From Kudoa neothunni (taxonomy: Eukaryota; Animalia; Cnidaria), in the NCBI GenBank assembly GCA_964304625.1, contig OZ199840.1, positions 7,231,635 to 7,295,634 on the forward strand: DNA of 64,000 nt, in the 5' to 3' direction. The position numbers and the translations under genes are program-made. Position 1 is the first letter of the stretch. The number at the start of each line of letters is the position of its first letter. Of this stretch, positions 39,187-53,080 are shown one piece after another. The notes below the pieces were generated by a model, which searched no databases, was not told the DNA's origin, and saw nothing but the letters and a program-made list of their open reading frames with translations.

Positions 39187-40440
39187 ATGAATCAAGAAGA
39201 CATTGAAAATAAAAATTTTATGCTCCTTAAATCCAACAGAGGGAAACAAAAATTGTTATATAACGAGTTTTATATGTACAAGATAAAAGAACATCAAAAA
39301 ACCAACTCTGGAGATGTACTGTAAGAACCTGTAAAGGGCGAGTAAAAACAAATAATTCAGATGATATAACTTTCATACAAGGGTCAGGATTACATAATCA
39401 CGTTATGTCAGAAACGGATATTGAAAATATTAAGCTTAATTCTAAAATTAAGGAAATTGCGCAGTCGACACAACATTCTACCCGTAAAGTTTTTACCTCG
39501 GCTACAGTAAGTGAAATCCTAAATAATTTACCAATAATATACAAAAAAAAATATTCATAAAAATATAAAAAATGAAAGAAAGAGGGGAATATTACAATAT
39601 CGAATATTTTAAATCTTTGTGAAAACCAGGTAAGAACGTTAAGGGGTGAAAAATTCTGCTTTTATGACTCTGGCACGAATGATAGTCATCGCATTGTAAT
39701 TTTTACAACAAAAGAGAACATTGAGCATTTAAATAATTCAGCGGTGATGGTAGCAGATGGAACATTTGATGTCGTTCCTAAAGAATTTTTACGGCTCTGC
39801 ACCCTTAATGGAAGAATCTTCGATAAATTTTCCCCCTGGTTTTTGTTTTAATGAAAAGCAAAAATCTTGAATCTTACAATATATTACTTAACACATAAAT
39901 TAATCAAATTAATATAAAAATTCCGCATAATATAATTATAGATTTTGAATATGCATCTTTTGATGCTTTTAAAAAAGCATCAAAATTTTCAACAGTCTAC
40001 TTTGTACTTTTCATTTAGGACAGTGTGTTTGGAGGAAAGTGCAAAAATTTGGTATAGCAACAATTTACAAAAATAATGTGGAATTTAGACTTTTAATCAA
40101 GTCTTTTACTTAATTAACATTTGTTCTTGAGGAAAATGTTTTAGACGAATATGAAAAACTGAAGATAGAATCTAAGAAAATAACTGAAATGTCATTAACA
40201 CCATTTCTAGACTATTTCGAAAAAAATTCCCTATATGGAGGTAAGTATCCCATACCGGCTTGGAACTTGTACAAGAGTAATGGAAAATTTATCCTTAACC
40301 TCGAACAATGCGGAAAACTTCCATAAATGTTTTCAAGCATTATTCGAACAGTCGCATTCAGGACTAAATAATTTGGTAAAAAAGCTGCAAGAATGTCCAA
40401 AGCGTCAACGAGCAAGAAATAGAATTTCTAATGGCTAATC
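39187..40440 (+). pseudogene. MULE/Mutator transposase with FLYWCH domain, disrupted
   Basis: KSNRGKQKLLYNEF, WRCTVRTCKGRV, VADGTFDVVP, IIIDFEYA, FHLGQCVWRKVQ, TSNNAENFH; several frameshifts. Confidence 0.85.
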
Positions 40441-40729
40441 CATTGAATAGTTCCACTACCAATAAAACACTAGCCAAACTGTATAATTGGTGCATAGATT
40501 CGAATATTTATATTATGCAATTATGTCGATTTTCCACAAAAAATTGTTTTTTTATGTCATTCCAATCTATCATGGTCAACAAGGAACGCTCGGTGAAATT
40601 TCGCCTCACGATAGAAAAATAAAAATCTAAACGTCTAATGAAAGAAGAAAAAAATTTCAATTATATAATGAATATGTTTTAGTTGCAACGATATGTATCA
40701 CCTATAATATTAATTCGGTGGCTTTCATA

Positions 40730-43700
40730 AACATACTGTTGGCGTTTTGTACAAGATATTTTACTTTTTTCTTTTTATCCACAACAAATGCGACATAAAC
40801 CTCTTTCGGAAAAATATTCTGTTTTTAGTCTGGATTTATTTAATAGTATCGTCATCTCCAAGTAACTCTTCAGCAAACATTTTCAAGAATTTTCTTCTTG
40901 ATGGAACTGAGGATTTCTATTAATATACAAAAGATAAGCATTGTAAGCAGTTTATAACAATTATATTGAAAAATATTGCCATCGACCAACGACGAGTAGT
41001 TCGCCTGGTGGAATAGCAATGGATAATACGGTCCAGAGCAGCGTTCCCCTTTATTTTTTCCCCGCACCCCCAACCAATTATCAAGTTCATTCTCGCATCC
41101 CTATGTTAATATTTATAAAAATATTAATTGTAAATTTGTGTTTCCTTTTTTTTACTTTAAGTTTATATTCCAAATAATGCATTTTAATTTGGTAATTTTT
41201 AAAAAAATATATTAAAATAATTTTCGTGAGTTTAGTCGATTAATCGCTACTACTTTATAAATAAAATTTAAAAAAGCATTCCTATGATAATCATACATTT
41301 TAAAAAGAAAGCCAAAACTTATAGCATTTTTATTTTATATAACGTTATTAAAAAAAAACTTATTTTATAAAACAATTAATAAAATATCGCGTATGGACAG
41401 ATATCTAGTTAATATATATATTAAGTTTGATATCAAATTCAGTCACTTTAATAAGCATATAAGAGACCAAGATTCAAAAAAATGATAACACATTTAAAAA
41501 CTATTGAGTTTAATGTTGATTTATCGGCTTTCCCTCTCTTGGCGTTCTTCCACTAATAATTCAAATCGCGGTACTACATTTGTCAATGCGATGCGTAAAT
41601 CATTTTCTGGATTCAGTAAATTTCTATATTTATTTTTTAAATACAACAAAGGTGAAAATCCTGACTCGCACAACCAGGTCGTTGCGAATGGGATAAGAAT
41701 TTTCAATGCTCTTTTTGCAAGGGACGGGTAACTGCATTGGGCATTGCACCAAAAGTTCTCAAGTGAATTTTCATTGTACCTCAACTTCATTGTGTAGTTT
41801 TCTTGAAAATCTATTAATTCCTCAGCACCATTATCATCATTATTCATATTATTAACATTGAATGAAAATGGATCAACAATCCAAATATCAGAATCTTGTA
41901 ACTGGTCGGGGGGATAATAACAATCAAAGGATAATCTCAATTTATTTATATGATACATGGTATTATTCATGATATCTTGCCTACAATGGTAACTCTTGTG
42001 AAGCCATACCGAGTATAATCCTCATTCCATTTTCTAACCTTTTGGGAAGCAACCATGATGACGCGTGGGCGATGTTAATTCGCTCATTAAATACACAGCG
42101 TTAAGTTAAAATCTGTTAACGTCTTCATGCTCCAAGACACAAGTTGACAGTATTTTATTAATAATTAATAAGTTTTTGGTAAATAAGTAACGATTTTTGA
42201 ATTATAAATTTATATGATTTTGAAAGAGAATGATTTTAATGGAAAGTGCACTATATAAAATCTGTTATTATTAGATTATTTCATTAACGAAATATCCCAT
42301 TATATGTATTTAATTAAATACAATAGCTTCAAACTGAATTTCTGAACTCAAATTTTTCTTTCATTCATATAGTCAGGCTTAAATTCTTAATTCATCATAG
42401 GGTGCTCCCGCACCCCCAATGATTTCTTCATGCATCCCCTATAGGGAAACCCTGGTCTAGAGTATCGACGCCACCTTCGGTTGAATTGTAATACATTACA
42501 ATTTCAGGCTTGTTGGTCTCCTTGTTTATGTCAACGTTTCGATGTTGAGAGCTTAAAAAAATTACCGATCTGTTTTTCTTCCGATGGAACTTCACCAGAG
42601 TAAATTTGTCCTCAAAAAGAAATTTGATTTCATTTTCAGTACCTTTTGGTGACTGGAATTCGGGAACAAGAAATTTTTTAATTTTTCTGGCGGTTCCAAC
42701 AATAGCAGTCTTATTTGAAATAAGGTATCTTGCAAACGATAAAATGGTAAAAAAATTATCTGTAGTTACATTTCGACCTTTTTCTAAGTATGGTTACATT
42801 AGATCTTTCACACATTTTCGCCTTGGTTATTTTCAACCACTCCATTTTCCTTACCAGTGTACATTTTTGTATTACAAAGATACCCATTTGTTGCATCATA
42901 ACGCCCAGATTTTGATTCCATATTTACCAGGCTTTAATGGAATAAACATTTTGAAGGGGAATCGTCCTCTAAATATTACAAGTTGCTCATCAATAGTCAA
43001 CTGAGAGGATGGGTTGTAACTTCCCTGCATGTCTTTATGAAGCAGTCAAAAATATGTCTGATTGGAGCTAATATGTCATCGCGATTTCTGGATATCTTTT
43101 TTATTATGTATGTTAGACCGTATTTTTCACTCCAATAAGTATGACCTAACCCAAATAAAGGTTGAGTTCTTCCAAATCAATTTTCTTTATGTTGGGGTTT
43201 TCTAATTGGATGAACATATTTGTGCAATATACGATCTTATCAAGTATAAAGAAGTCAAGGAATTATTAAATGTTCTCAATGTAGTCTGTCCAAAAAGTCT
43301 TTATTCCTTTGAAAATTCTGATTTCCCCTTATATATATTTTCCTATGTTACTCTTCTTTCAATTCTTGTTAAAGGTCTGTACCATTTTTCTCCGTCTTTT
43401 GACGCGACACAGGAGATGTCTGAAGCATCATCGATACTTTCGTCGCCTTCATTTACATCACAATCATCTTGATTATTGACCGGTTCATTTATGGTTTCAT
43501 CTAAATCTTCAGATTCTGTTTCATCAAATAATACATCATCAACACTTTCATCTTCAGATCCAAGAAAATTAATTCCCCTATCAGAACTCATTTTAGACGT
43601 TTTCTAGCTCAGTGACCATGCAGCATAAATTTCATTTATACGTTTTAATGTTCTTAATATAAATTATAATCTGTTATAAACGTCATTTTTAGAATTTAGT

Positions 43701-43963
43701 AATTTTAATAATGTTTCAAAGATTGATTAGATCATTAGTTTCAGGTGGACCACTGTGGTCCTACTCAGGTATTTACGTAACTTTTTTTGTTTTTTCATTT
43801 ATGCATAAAGTTACAAAGTCTGAAAATCTAATATTTTAACATTTTATTTAGTCATTTTACACAATAAAATACACATACTTAAAAATTAATAACTTTAAAC
43901 CTGAAAAAGTATTAAAGGTTTTTCGCTGACGGACCTCAATGGTCCACTCCAGGTATTCGAGGG
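40730..43963 (-). mobile_element. Degenerate piggyBac (PGBD) element, split by a hAT insertion; left end not defined
   Basis: GGG|TTAA end at 43963; acidic N-terminus (43343-43591); IDEQLV.FRGR, KPGKYGIKIW, TTDNFFT, YNSTEGGVDTL|DRIIHCYSTRRTTRRW; decayed Cys-rich tail. Confidence 0.85.
41039..42454 (-). mobile_element. Non-autonomous hAT (Buster/Charlie-type) element
   Basis: TIRs CAGCGTTCCC / GGGAAACCCTG; TSD GTCCAGAG/GTCTAGAG; ORF 41521-41970 includes YPSLAKRALKILIPFATTWLCESGFS...KNKYRNLLN. Confidence 0.9.
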
Positions 43964-44283
43964 TTAAAAAATTAATGCACGCGAAGTGACCATTGCCAAA
44001 AGCTTTATCGGTAAAATACATTAAATCAAGACAAATTATTAACTATTTAGAAATAGAAATTTTATGTTTCATTCATCTGATTTGTAATTTTAAGTATTAA
44101 ATTATTAAATTTGTGTTATATCACATCTAAAAGTTATAAGAAATTTTAATTTTCCCACCAATTAGACCTAGAAATTATCGTACATAGAGGAAACTATGAA
44201 GTTATTCACATTTGTATAATTTTATAATTTTTAAATTCCTAATAACTGATACTGAAAGAACTAAATTTATCCCAGTAATAAAA

Positions 44284-45265
44284 TTAGAGAGTAGTGGGAT
44301 TAGAATGCACAATATACCCGCACATAAAAAGAACTAAATAACAAAATAAAACTGGTGAAAACAATACAATTCTTGAAAGCAGAGGTTCAATGTAATGGTT
44401 TTCCATAAAAGGTGTCAATTTTATATGAATATTTCTACGAATAAGCGAAGAAATATGCGCTGAATCCAATTGAGTGATTGGGTTGAAGTCGGGCACAATT
44501 CGTTTTAAATCAATATAGAAAATAAAACTTTTTTGTTTTGATGGAGAGTTGGAATTATCGCATAACATAAAGAGCAATTCATAGAATGTGGAAGGCGCCT
44601 CGAGAATATCATCTACAATCATAGTGCCAACGCCAGAGTTATCAATGAAGTTCAACGTGAAATCATCCATCATCTTAGATTTGGTATTTTCTCGCATTAC
44701 TAGAAATAAAAGATAAGTGAACCAAAGTGACCAAAAAATATACTATCGGTGATGTTGACTAAATAGTAATGTTTAGAGAATGTTTGAACAAGATCAATAA
44801 TTGCCGCTGGAAAATGATGATGATTGTTTACGCCCACAATTGTCATCACCAATGGCCGCTGGGCTGTTCTGTAATTCTTAGAATGCCATATAATGTATCT
44901 TTTTGTGGCAACCCAATTATTTTCAATCTGCCTATATCTGTTATCTTCTTCTGATATGGTATGTGAGACTTTCTGTAGTGAAATATTCATCAATCTATCG
45001 ATATTATTGTTGATGAGATTTGTGGGGTGATAAGGAGATAAATAAACTGAATAAAACGACAACCATAGCGCAGTTAGAAAATGAGACGTAACCAGAGCGT
45101 AAAAGGTGTACTTTGAAAATATACGTAAAATTTCTAAATTTATTAAAAAATTGATATTGTTAAAGTTCATAGATATATTCTGAGCGCTCCCCAAAGTACT
45201 CTACCGATAGTGGCCGAGTTGAATCCCATGGAAGTGGGGATATGGGGAGGGTGAATTCGTCTCAT
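44284..45265 (-). CDS. Type II membrane protein resembling the torsin activators LAP1/LULL1 (TOR1AIP); about 3 exons
   Basis: Spliced MRRIHPP...I|EILRIFSK, a TM segment, then ...LFMLCDNSNSPSKQKSFIFYI...EPLLSRIVLFSPV. This recalls LAP1_C CDHENAAFKDVALVLTV and LWSRISHLVLPV. A TATA-like motif lies near 45320-45327. Confidence 0.55.
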
Positions 45266-45457
45266 AATTACCTAGTCGTGATAGGTAACGACAGAGATTA
45301 ACAATTAAAAATTCCAATGTATTTATAGAAGACTAAATCAAAGGAGAATAAGTTATCTTTGTATCTAATAATCTGCAGTATATTCATTATAACCTCTTAT
45401 TCAAAGGATCTATTATACCACGATTTGTTTAACCTTCTAAGTAACAATTAATCAGAC

Positions 45458-46757
45458 CCCTAAGAGTATAACTGGGGTCCATTCGAATCCGAGCGTTGTT
45501 TGTGATTTCGTTTAACAATTGTGTTTTCTATCAATCTACAAAATTATAATTTAAATAAATGTTTTTTTCTAACGCGCGCGCGTGCGTGAAATGTTCCTAT
45601 ATAAATAGGAGGACCGATTATTTTAAAATGGCTGATATTGGAATTTGTTAATGATTCCACAAACACATAATATAGATGCTGGATCTATCCAGAGGAAAAA
45701 TTTTAAGCCATATTTTTCTGGCTCACATTTTATATATTGTTTAAAGAGCAATTGCCTCTAAATGAAACCAAACTGCTCATCACGACATATATTTTCTCCG
45801 TGATTATACTTTTTGTTCGCTACGTCAACCCAAATGTCCCATATTTCTCAAATGGGGGGAATTTATCATTTAGCTGCCATTCCTCCGTAGTTTCTGCATT
45901 GTCAAAGCGGAGCGCTCTTGTTAGTTGCTTGAATCTGTACAAGGAAAAAAGATCTTTGTATATCCTCCTACCGTAATCACAACTAAAAATTTCAACAATG
46001 GTCTCTTGGTTATCCTTATGGATAATTATGTACAATAAGCACCTAATAAAACCATGCGTTTCATCAACATAAACATCCTCCAGTTATTTCCATAATGATT
46101 CTTATCGCACTGATTGGTATATTTGATCGCTCGTTCCACTACTTCCATTGGGAAGAAATGATGAAAATATCCTGAAATACTAAAGATCCTTTGTGTGGCG
46201 TACTAGTCACACCTTGAAGAAAATTCATTTTATTTTCTGCCGCCACCTTGGTTTTCTTTGGTTTGATTGCATTCCATAAATCGTTGTTTTTGTCTACAAG
46301 CGAATCGTCAATTTCATCACAAACTATATTTTCATCATTCTCATCGCCAACAGTCTCTTTCAAACACACTAGGTTGGGTCTTTCTTTTCATTGGTATCAA
46401 TACTATCCTCACTACGTTTCAAAAAGAAATCTGTGCTTAAACAATAGAAACTACACGTTGGCGCATGCGCGACACAAATTTATTTGTTGGATTTTGGTAT
46501 GTAAAATATGTTTAAATTCAATTAAAAATTAATATCAACAAAATTTCTTTAGTCCATTTGGATCCCAATTATACTCCGACGATGTTTTTGTTATAAAATT
46601 TGTTATGGCACATGAAAATCCCAATAAATCTATTCCGCTAAAGATAGGCGCGTTTATAAGAATAGAAGACGTTTGGATTCTAATTATTATGTAAGTGCTG
46701 AGAAAACAGGATGGCAATCTCGTTTGGGGTCCAAATGGACCCAGTTTACTTAGAGGG
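45458..46757 (-). mobile_element. Degenerate piggyBac element
   Basis: GGG|TTAA right end, GGGGTCC...GGACCC subterminal palindromes, and transposase relic YGRRIYKDLFSLYRFKQLTRALRFD. Confidence 0.75.
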
Positions 46758-46820
46758 TTAATAAAATTTCATCTAACTTTGAATATCGCTTTATTATAAT
46801 TTTTTCATCGTAAAAATTAA

Positions 46821-49055
46821 CCATTAGGGGACCAAGCGGGGTCTATCGAGACCCCAAGATACGTTGTTTGATCATAACTCTAAAAATCGTTTTCTGTTGA
46901 TGTTTAAATTTTTAGAATTCTCATAAAACACGCAAGCTTATATATGGCGAGGAAAATATTTTTTCTCTTTTTTTTAACTTTATAAGAAAACACAATATTT
47001 TTGTTGCATGCAATTATAAATGTTCTTAACTTAAATTATTTATTTTATAAAGATTAGTTTTAGTGAAATATTGAAAAATATCTTTTGTTTAAACATTAAA
47101 TGTGTTGGAAAATAACGACACAAATCTCAGAAGATTGCCGTTATAGATTACCGATAACTAATCCGATTGATCTCCTACGTTTCGTTGCTTTTCCTAAGAC
47201 ATTGAATTTGTTGTCCTCAAAAAATAATTGAAATAATTCTGAATATTACATCGATGATTATTCCAAGGGTAAGACAACATCTGAATATATAATGTCTGAA
47301 TAAGACCTGCAAAGCATGGATGAATGCGTTATGCCATTGAGAAATGCGATGACAAATCAGGTCGTACTGATTATTTACATGAGCATGTCTAAAATGTTTC
47401 AACGTTTTTCTGATCACCTAGACTAGAATGATCTTCCGAGATTTATAGGTTCACGACGCGTTTTTCTTTAAATATTAATTACACGGGGTTTTAAACTAGA
47501 ATGACATCATATCATTTGATTTTTCGGCTAAACTGCAGTTTGGGGCGATTCTTCGGCAATTGTTGGATATAGTCGCGCAAAATAAAATAAAATATGTAAA
47601 ATACATTATCAATGGAGATATAATTCATTAATTGTTAATATATATATATTTTAAAAGTTTCAATAATGAATTTTCTTTTGAAATGATATTCTGAGAGGTA
47701 AGAACCCATCAATTCTGACCTCTTGTTGGTGATGTGGCGATACTTTCTTTTCACTGTCCCCAAATGGCTTCGATGCGATTAGTATGAACTCCATCCATTC
47801 TTTTGAAGCCATCTTTATGGATCATAACTTCGTGTTGATAACCAATAAGGGACAAATCCTTGTATCCCTTCCAACCATCCGTCCAAATCATCGAGCCTAA
47901 TTCAACATTATTCAAGATGATATTTTCCGGCGTAGGTTTTCCTCGAACATCTGTAATTTGCTGGAAAATATTGCCATTGTTGTAAATTCCTCCAACAAGA
48001 CTGGTTGACCAAAATTCTTCCACGATGGTATTTTCTTCTGCAGATAAATGACTCATCGATTTGAACAACTAAGCCAGGAGAACCGATTTTTTCGCGATGG
48101 GAGTCTAAGTATTCAGAGTAAATTTCTCGGATATACTGCATCCAATCAATTACAGTGTGCTCAGAACCAATGTCCAGCTGTCTACATATTGTTCTATATG
48201 ACATATTTATGTCGTTCAGATTAAAATACATCAGGGCAAATATCTGCCACAACGATAAATGTGACCCATCAAAAAAGGTTCCATTTCTGATGGAACATTT
48301 CTTTTTGCAAACGCCGCAAAAAAATACGTACAAATCATCTTTATTTTTTTGATTTATCAGATACATATCTGATGAGCATTTATTGCACTTTTTAACTTCT
48401 CGCAGCAGCCCCAAAATTTGTAGCGTGTTAAAAAGTTTTTTAAAATCGGATTTAAAAAAAAACAAGTCTTCTAATAACATAATGTCTATTGAAAACTCCA
48501 TTTTAAAAACCGGTACACGAGTGTATCCGACAATTGCCGAAGAATCGCCCAAAACTGAAGTTTAGCCTGATTTTTCCCATAATAATTAATAGCCTCGATA
48601 TAAAAAAGTATTTAATTTTGAAGATATGTAGAACGTCTTAATCTTGAGATCAGTCCGTCGCCGCCATGTGGCAGCCGAGTGTTGCCAATAAAACGTGGAA
48701 GTGTTGTGTAATATTTTGCCTCACGTACTTTCTAATTATTGATTCCGTAATGTATTTAGTTTCAATAAACCACTAAATTTTTTATGCATTATTAACAATA
48801 TATGCACATATCAAAGCATGTAATGTGCTCATTCAAGTGTAATCTTCGTGACCTACCGAATCAAAAAAATTTAGATATTTGTTGACAGGAAAGAAATTGC
48901 ATAATAATTGTGACATAATTCAATTCACTACTATGTTTAATTTAAAATTTACGAGTTTGATATAACTCAATTAAGTTTAAGTTCTATTTTTACTGGGGTC
49001 TCGCGAGACCCCCCTGGGCACACACGGTTTTTTAAATCGGTTGGTCCCGGCGGGG
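46821..49055. mobile_element. piggyBac-like MITE hosting the Merlin insertion
   Basis: TTAA flanks, ends CC...GGGACCAA / TTGGTCCC...GG, and GGGGTCT...AGACCCC palindromes near both ends. Confidence 0.7.
47526..48567 (-). mobile_element. Merlin (IS1595/ISXO2-like) DNA transposon, near intact
   Basis: 44-bp TIRs (GGCTAAACT..., 3 mismatches) and perfect 9-bp TSD TGATTTTTC. The transposase (~48501-47609) has a Zn ribbon, VVQIDES, WTDGWKGY and HTNRIEAIW, with one frameshift (~48000) and one stop (47751). Confidence 0.93.
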
Positions 49056-49929
49056 TTAAACGTGATGTTTACGTGTGCGTTATCATTTATTACAAGTCCA
49101 AAATATCTGGATTATTTGTGTAACCGAAATATTACATATTACATTCGATATTACAAGTGGAATTATATCAAAATGTCGTTTAAAAATTTGGTGGGATTTA
49201 ACAGCTATTATAATGGTAAAATTTAAAAATTGTTTAAAAATTTATTTTATACCGATAAAATAAGCTCCAATACTTTTTTTAATTAAAAAGACAATAAAAG
49301 GATTTTCTGTCGATATTTTTTCCATATAAACGATCTTAGCGAATATTTTTGAAGTATAAATGATTACGAAATTTTAAAACCGAAAGAACAAGAACACAAA
49401 AGTCATTAATAGTAAAAAATAAATAATCCCATAATCTAAATTTAATTTTAGGTATTTGTGTAAAATGGATAAGATACTTTATTTTCATGTGAGGTGTAAA
49501 ACAGTACCGTGCTCTGTCCTAAAGTATTACAATACTACAGAAACACCAATGAATTTTAACCCTCTAAAGCAGGGATTACCAAATTACGTCCTGCAGCGTC
49601 CCTCTCAGTGTTACCAGACGATTTTTGTAAATCGTACCAAATAAAGTAATAGAAACGTACAAAATAGTACCAGAAAATTTAAAAAAGGTGCCATATTTGA
49701 AGAATAATACAAAAATATAATTCTAGCAATATTAAACTAATAGAAACAGAGAAAATAATTGATAGGATATATTTATATATCAAAATATTAATTCATTATC
49801 ACTGTCTTCCTCATCATATAGGTTTATTTTTTCCCATCATTTTAGTTAATTAGTCATATGGATTCCATCTCACGCAATTGGAGTCTCTCAGTAAACATTC
49901 AGTATATAATCGAGCATTTATTGTTTCAT

Positions 49930-50800
49930 CTTCAAATATAAAACCGTTTTTTAATTTTGTTTTTATTCACTAATGAACATAATCTCTCAGCGGATACAGA
50001 CGAATGAGGCAAAGCAACTAAAGACAGGATTAATTTTGATAGTAATCGATACTTAAATATCTCTCCTCTTCTTTTATTTGCGACCGCATACCGATATTTC
50101 CCGGGGGTTTTCAATGAAATATCCGTTATTTTACAGACTAAGTTCTATCTATTCACTCTCCAAATTTAAATACTCATCTTCGGCAATAATATTTGTAAAT
50201 CTTTTTAGGAGGGAAATAATGGAATGGGGTTTTCGTGCATTGGCATTTGCAAGAAACATTGTTTCAAATATTTGTAAACGCATAAATTTTGCGATGCTTA
50301 AAAACCTTTGAAATATCTGTTTCGTCAGTAATAAATGGAAATTCAGAGTTTTAATATGAACGTAAACAAGATCTTGAGTACTTATTCCAGTAGTATTTTC
50401 TTTCTAAATTGATTCTACTTTCGACTCATAAAACTTATACGGAAGAATGTAATTTAAAGGGTATTAAAGCTCCAGGTGTTATTTTTTGATAAGACCTCAA
50501 AAATCATTAAGTTTTGCTTTAATAATATTTTCAAAAGAGCTACTTAGTTTATGAACTCTAAACTCTCATCTCGTAATTCAATGTTGAATTTATTGACAAT
50601 GGATAAGAAGAAGTTAAAAATCATAGTGCGTTTTATTTTTGGGTCTAAATAGAGATACAAATATTTTGGGTGAGTTTTTACCTTTGTTTTCTTACGACCC
50701 AACCATGGGAAACAGTGTGAGAACTGTCCATTCTTCCAATATTTTCTTAATAACTTGCTCAAGAGACAGACAGCTATCTTTTGTAACAGAGATAAAATAT
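49930..50800 (-). pseudogene. hAT transposase remnant
   Basis: LSKLILSLVALPHSSVSAERLCSLVNKNK dimerisation motif. Confidence 0.6.
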
Positions 50801-53080
50801 TTTCTGATACTCGATGCTAAACAAAATTTGTAATTCGTTATGTTCACTTTGAAGATTTGAGCTATTTGAGCGATATTAGTGGAAACTTTGTGCCAAATCT
50901 TCTAACACATTATCTCATCATTTGGCATGCATTTATAATAATTTTATCTCAAACTTATTGACCTTAAAACGTACCGACTCGCTTCGAAGTAGTGACAAAA
51001 GTATCAACTCCAGCAACCTTGGTCCCCTTATACTCGAGTACGCACGCGGCACGTCCTACTTTCGGGTACGCCTGTAGAATTAGTAGGGCGGCCTGGAAGC
51101 AATACCAGGTTGTGCTTATGCTAACAAAAAATTAGAAATATTTTATCATTTTATGCAAAATACACAAGTAAATCAATATAAAAATATCAAAGAAAAGAAA
51201 AATTAGGCCTGAACCAAAATTTTATTTCTTCTTGTACTCTGACGTAACGTGCCTGATTTATGGGGAAAACCTTTATCAAACATGAATCAATTACATGTTC
51301 CATATTCAAAAAAATTCATAATTTTGTTATTTTTATAATCGTATGGTTTCCCAACAAAAATTTTAATCCGGCCCTCGAGGCTAGTGGAAATCTAAAATGC
51401 GGCGCAACAGTCAAAAACTTTGGTGGCTCCTGTCCTAAAGCAGTGTTTTAACTCAAATCGGATTTGTATCCTCTTTCGAAGAGAAAACGAAATCTATCCC
51501 CCCCCTTCTATATACACTAAGGCGTAGCTCACTCAAAATTGTTCGGGGGTAATTAAATGTAATATAGAACTAGCCAGCTTCAATATTTAAATATAAATCA
51601 CTTCGTTGTATTGTTCCAATGTAATTTTAATATTTTAAAATCTGTCTATTGAAAAGTATTATCTTTTTATATTTAAATGTATTAAAGTCAGGCTAATTTC
51701 TAAATTTATTAATTCATTAATTTTTTGAATTAAATGCGTCTAGTAAGATGTTTCTACATTAAATTAAGAGAAAAAAATGAAAATTAACTAAACTAAGAAA
51801 CATAACGATGCATTTATAAAGTTCTTGCTTTAAGAAAGCAACAATCTCGTCAATATTTATTAAATTTCTTTTAACGACGTTTTTGAAAATTATTTTCAAC
51901 TATAACAGTCAATTGTCCTCAACACTACCATTTTTCCAAATTAACTTGACGTGTTTCATACTGATAGGTTGTCTAAAGTTATATAAAAAGCTATCAGTTG
52001 CATTAGAAATTAAGTTTTTTACATTGGACGTAATATCACATTCGTTTATATTTAAAAATCTTAAAGACTCATTTTTTGTTTACAACGCACCAATTATCCA
52101 ATAATAGATATTTTGATTTATTTTTCCATTATTCTTTTTCGACCTTTTTACTCTATGATCAAACCCCCTATCAAAAATCTCAAAAAATATAATTTTTTTA
52201 CGTTAGCTAACGTATCTGAAGAAAATTAGATGAGCTGAGATTAAATAGAGAATATTGAGCGTTATATTGTCGTGAAATATGCCTAATCGTAGGCGTTTGT
52301 TTTTATAAATGTTTTTGGAATGAAGTAAAAAAATTATCTACAGGAAACAAAATAGCCAACGGAAAATTGAAATGACCGCGCATGGGTTTGAACAACATGC
52401 CGTTTAAGCCTAACCCTGCTAAAGAATCCACTCGGCATTTCTATGGTAAATTTGACCAAACCTGCAATGAATTATCAGCATAATTTTATAAACTTAAATC
52501 CATACAAAACTAATGTTGAAAATTTAAAGAATGAAACTTGATTAATTTTTATCCTAAATCATCGTCCAATAATCACCAAAAATGGACAGACTAAAATTCA
52601 TTTGCCTCGACTACCATTCATATTACGTTGTAAATTATTCTCAACTAATTGTTGAACTATATTGACGGAAGATTATTCAATTTCGAATTTTTGATGATTA
52701 TTTTTGAAATATATTTATGAACAAATAAACTGGCATATTGCAATTCTTTGATGTCTTTCCAATTTTTCTCTTTGCTATTCTTAACTAAAAAAATATATAA
52801 TACATTAGATGATAGCGTCATTAAAAAGTTAGATTTTCTAGAGAAGTGCATCCAGTGGTTCAAGAAATCTACGTGATGTGACGGCAAGGCTAACGAATGT
52901 TAACGAAAATAAGTCAAACGTATAAATTTTATATTTTCGAACTTATTAAACTTTTTAAAGATGCTCGCTAAAATTTTATTTAATACTATCAGAATATAAA
53001 TACGCTAAATATCACCCTAAACAATCAACGTGTTTTAAAGTTAATCCTCATCTTAAATAGTAATTGAAACGAGGTGGGGA

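Noticed and set aside
47751-48552. Bacterial IS1595 contamination
   Set aside because: Embedded with a TSD inside a eukaryotic piggyBac MITE among intron-containing genes; fits the eukaryotic Merlin superfamily.
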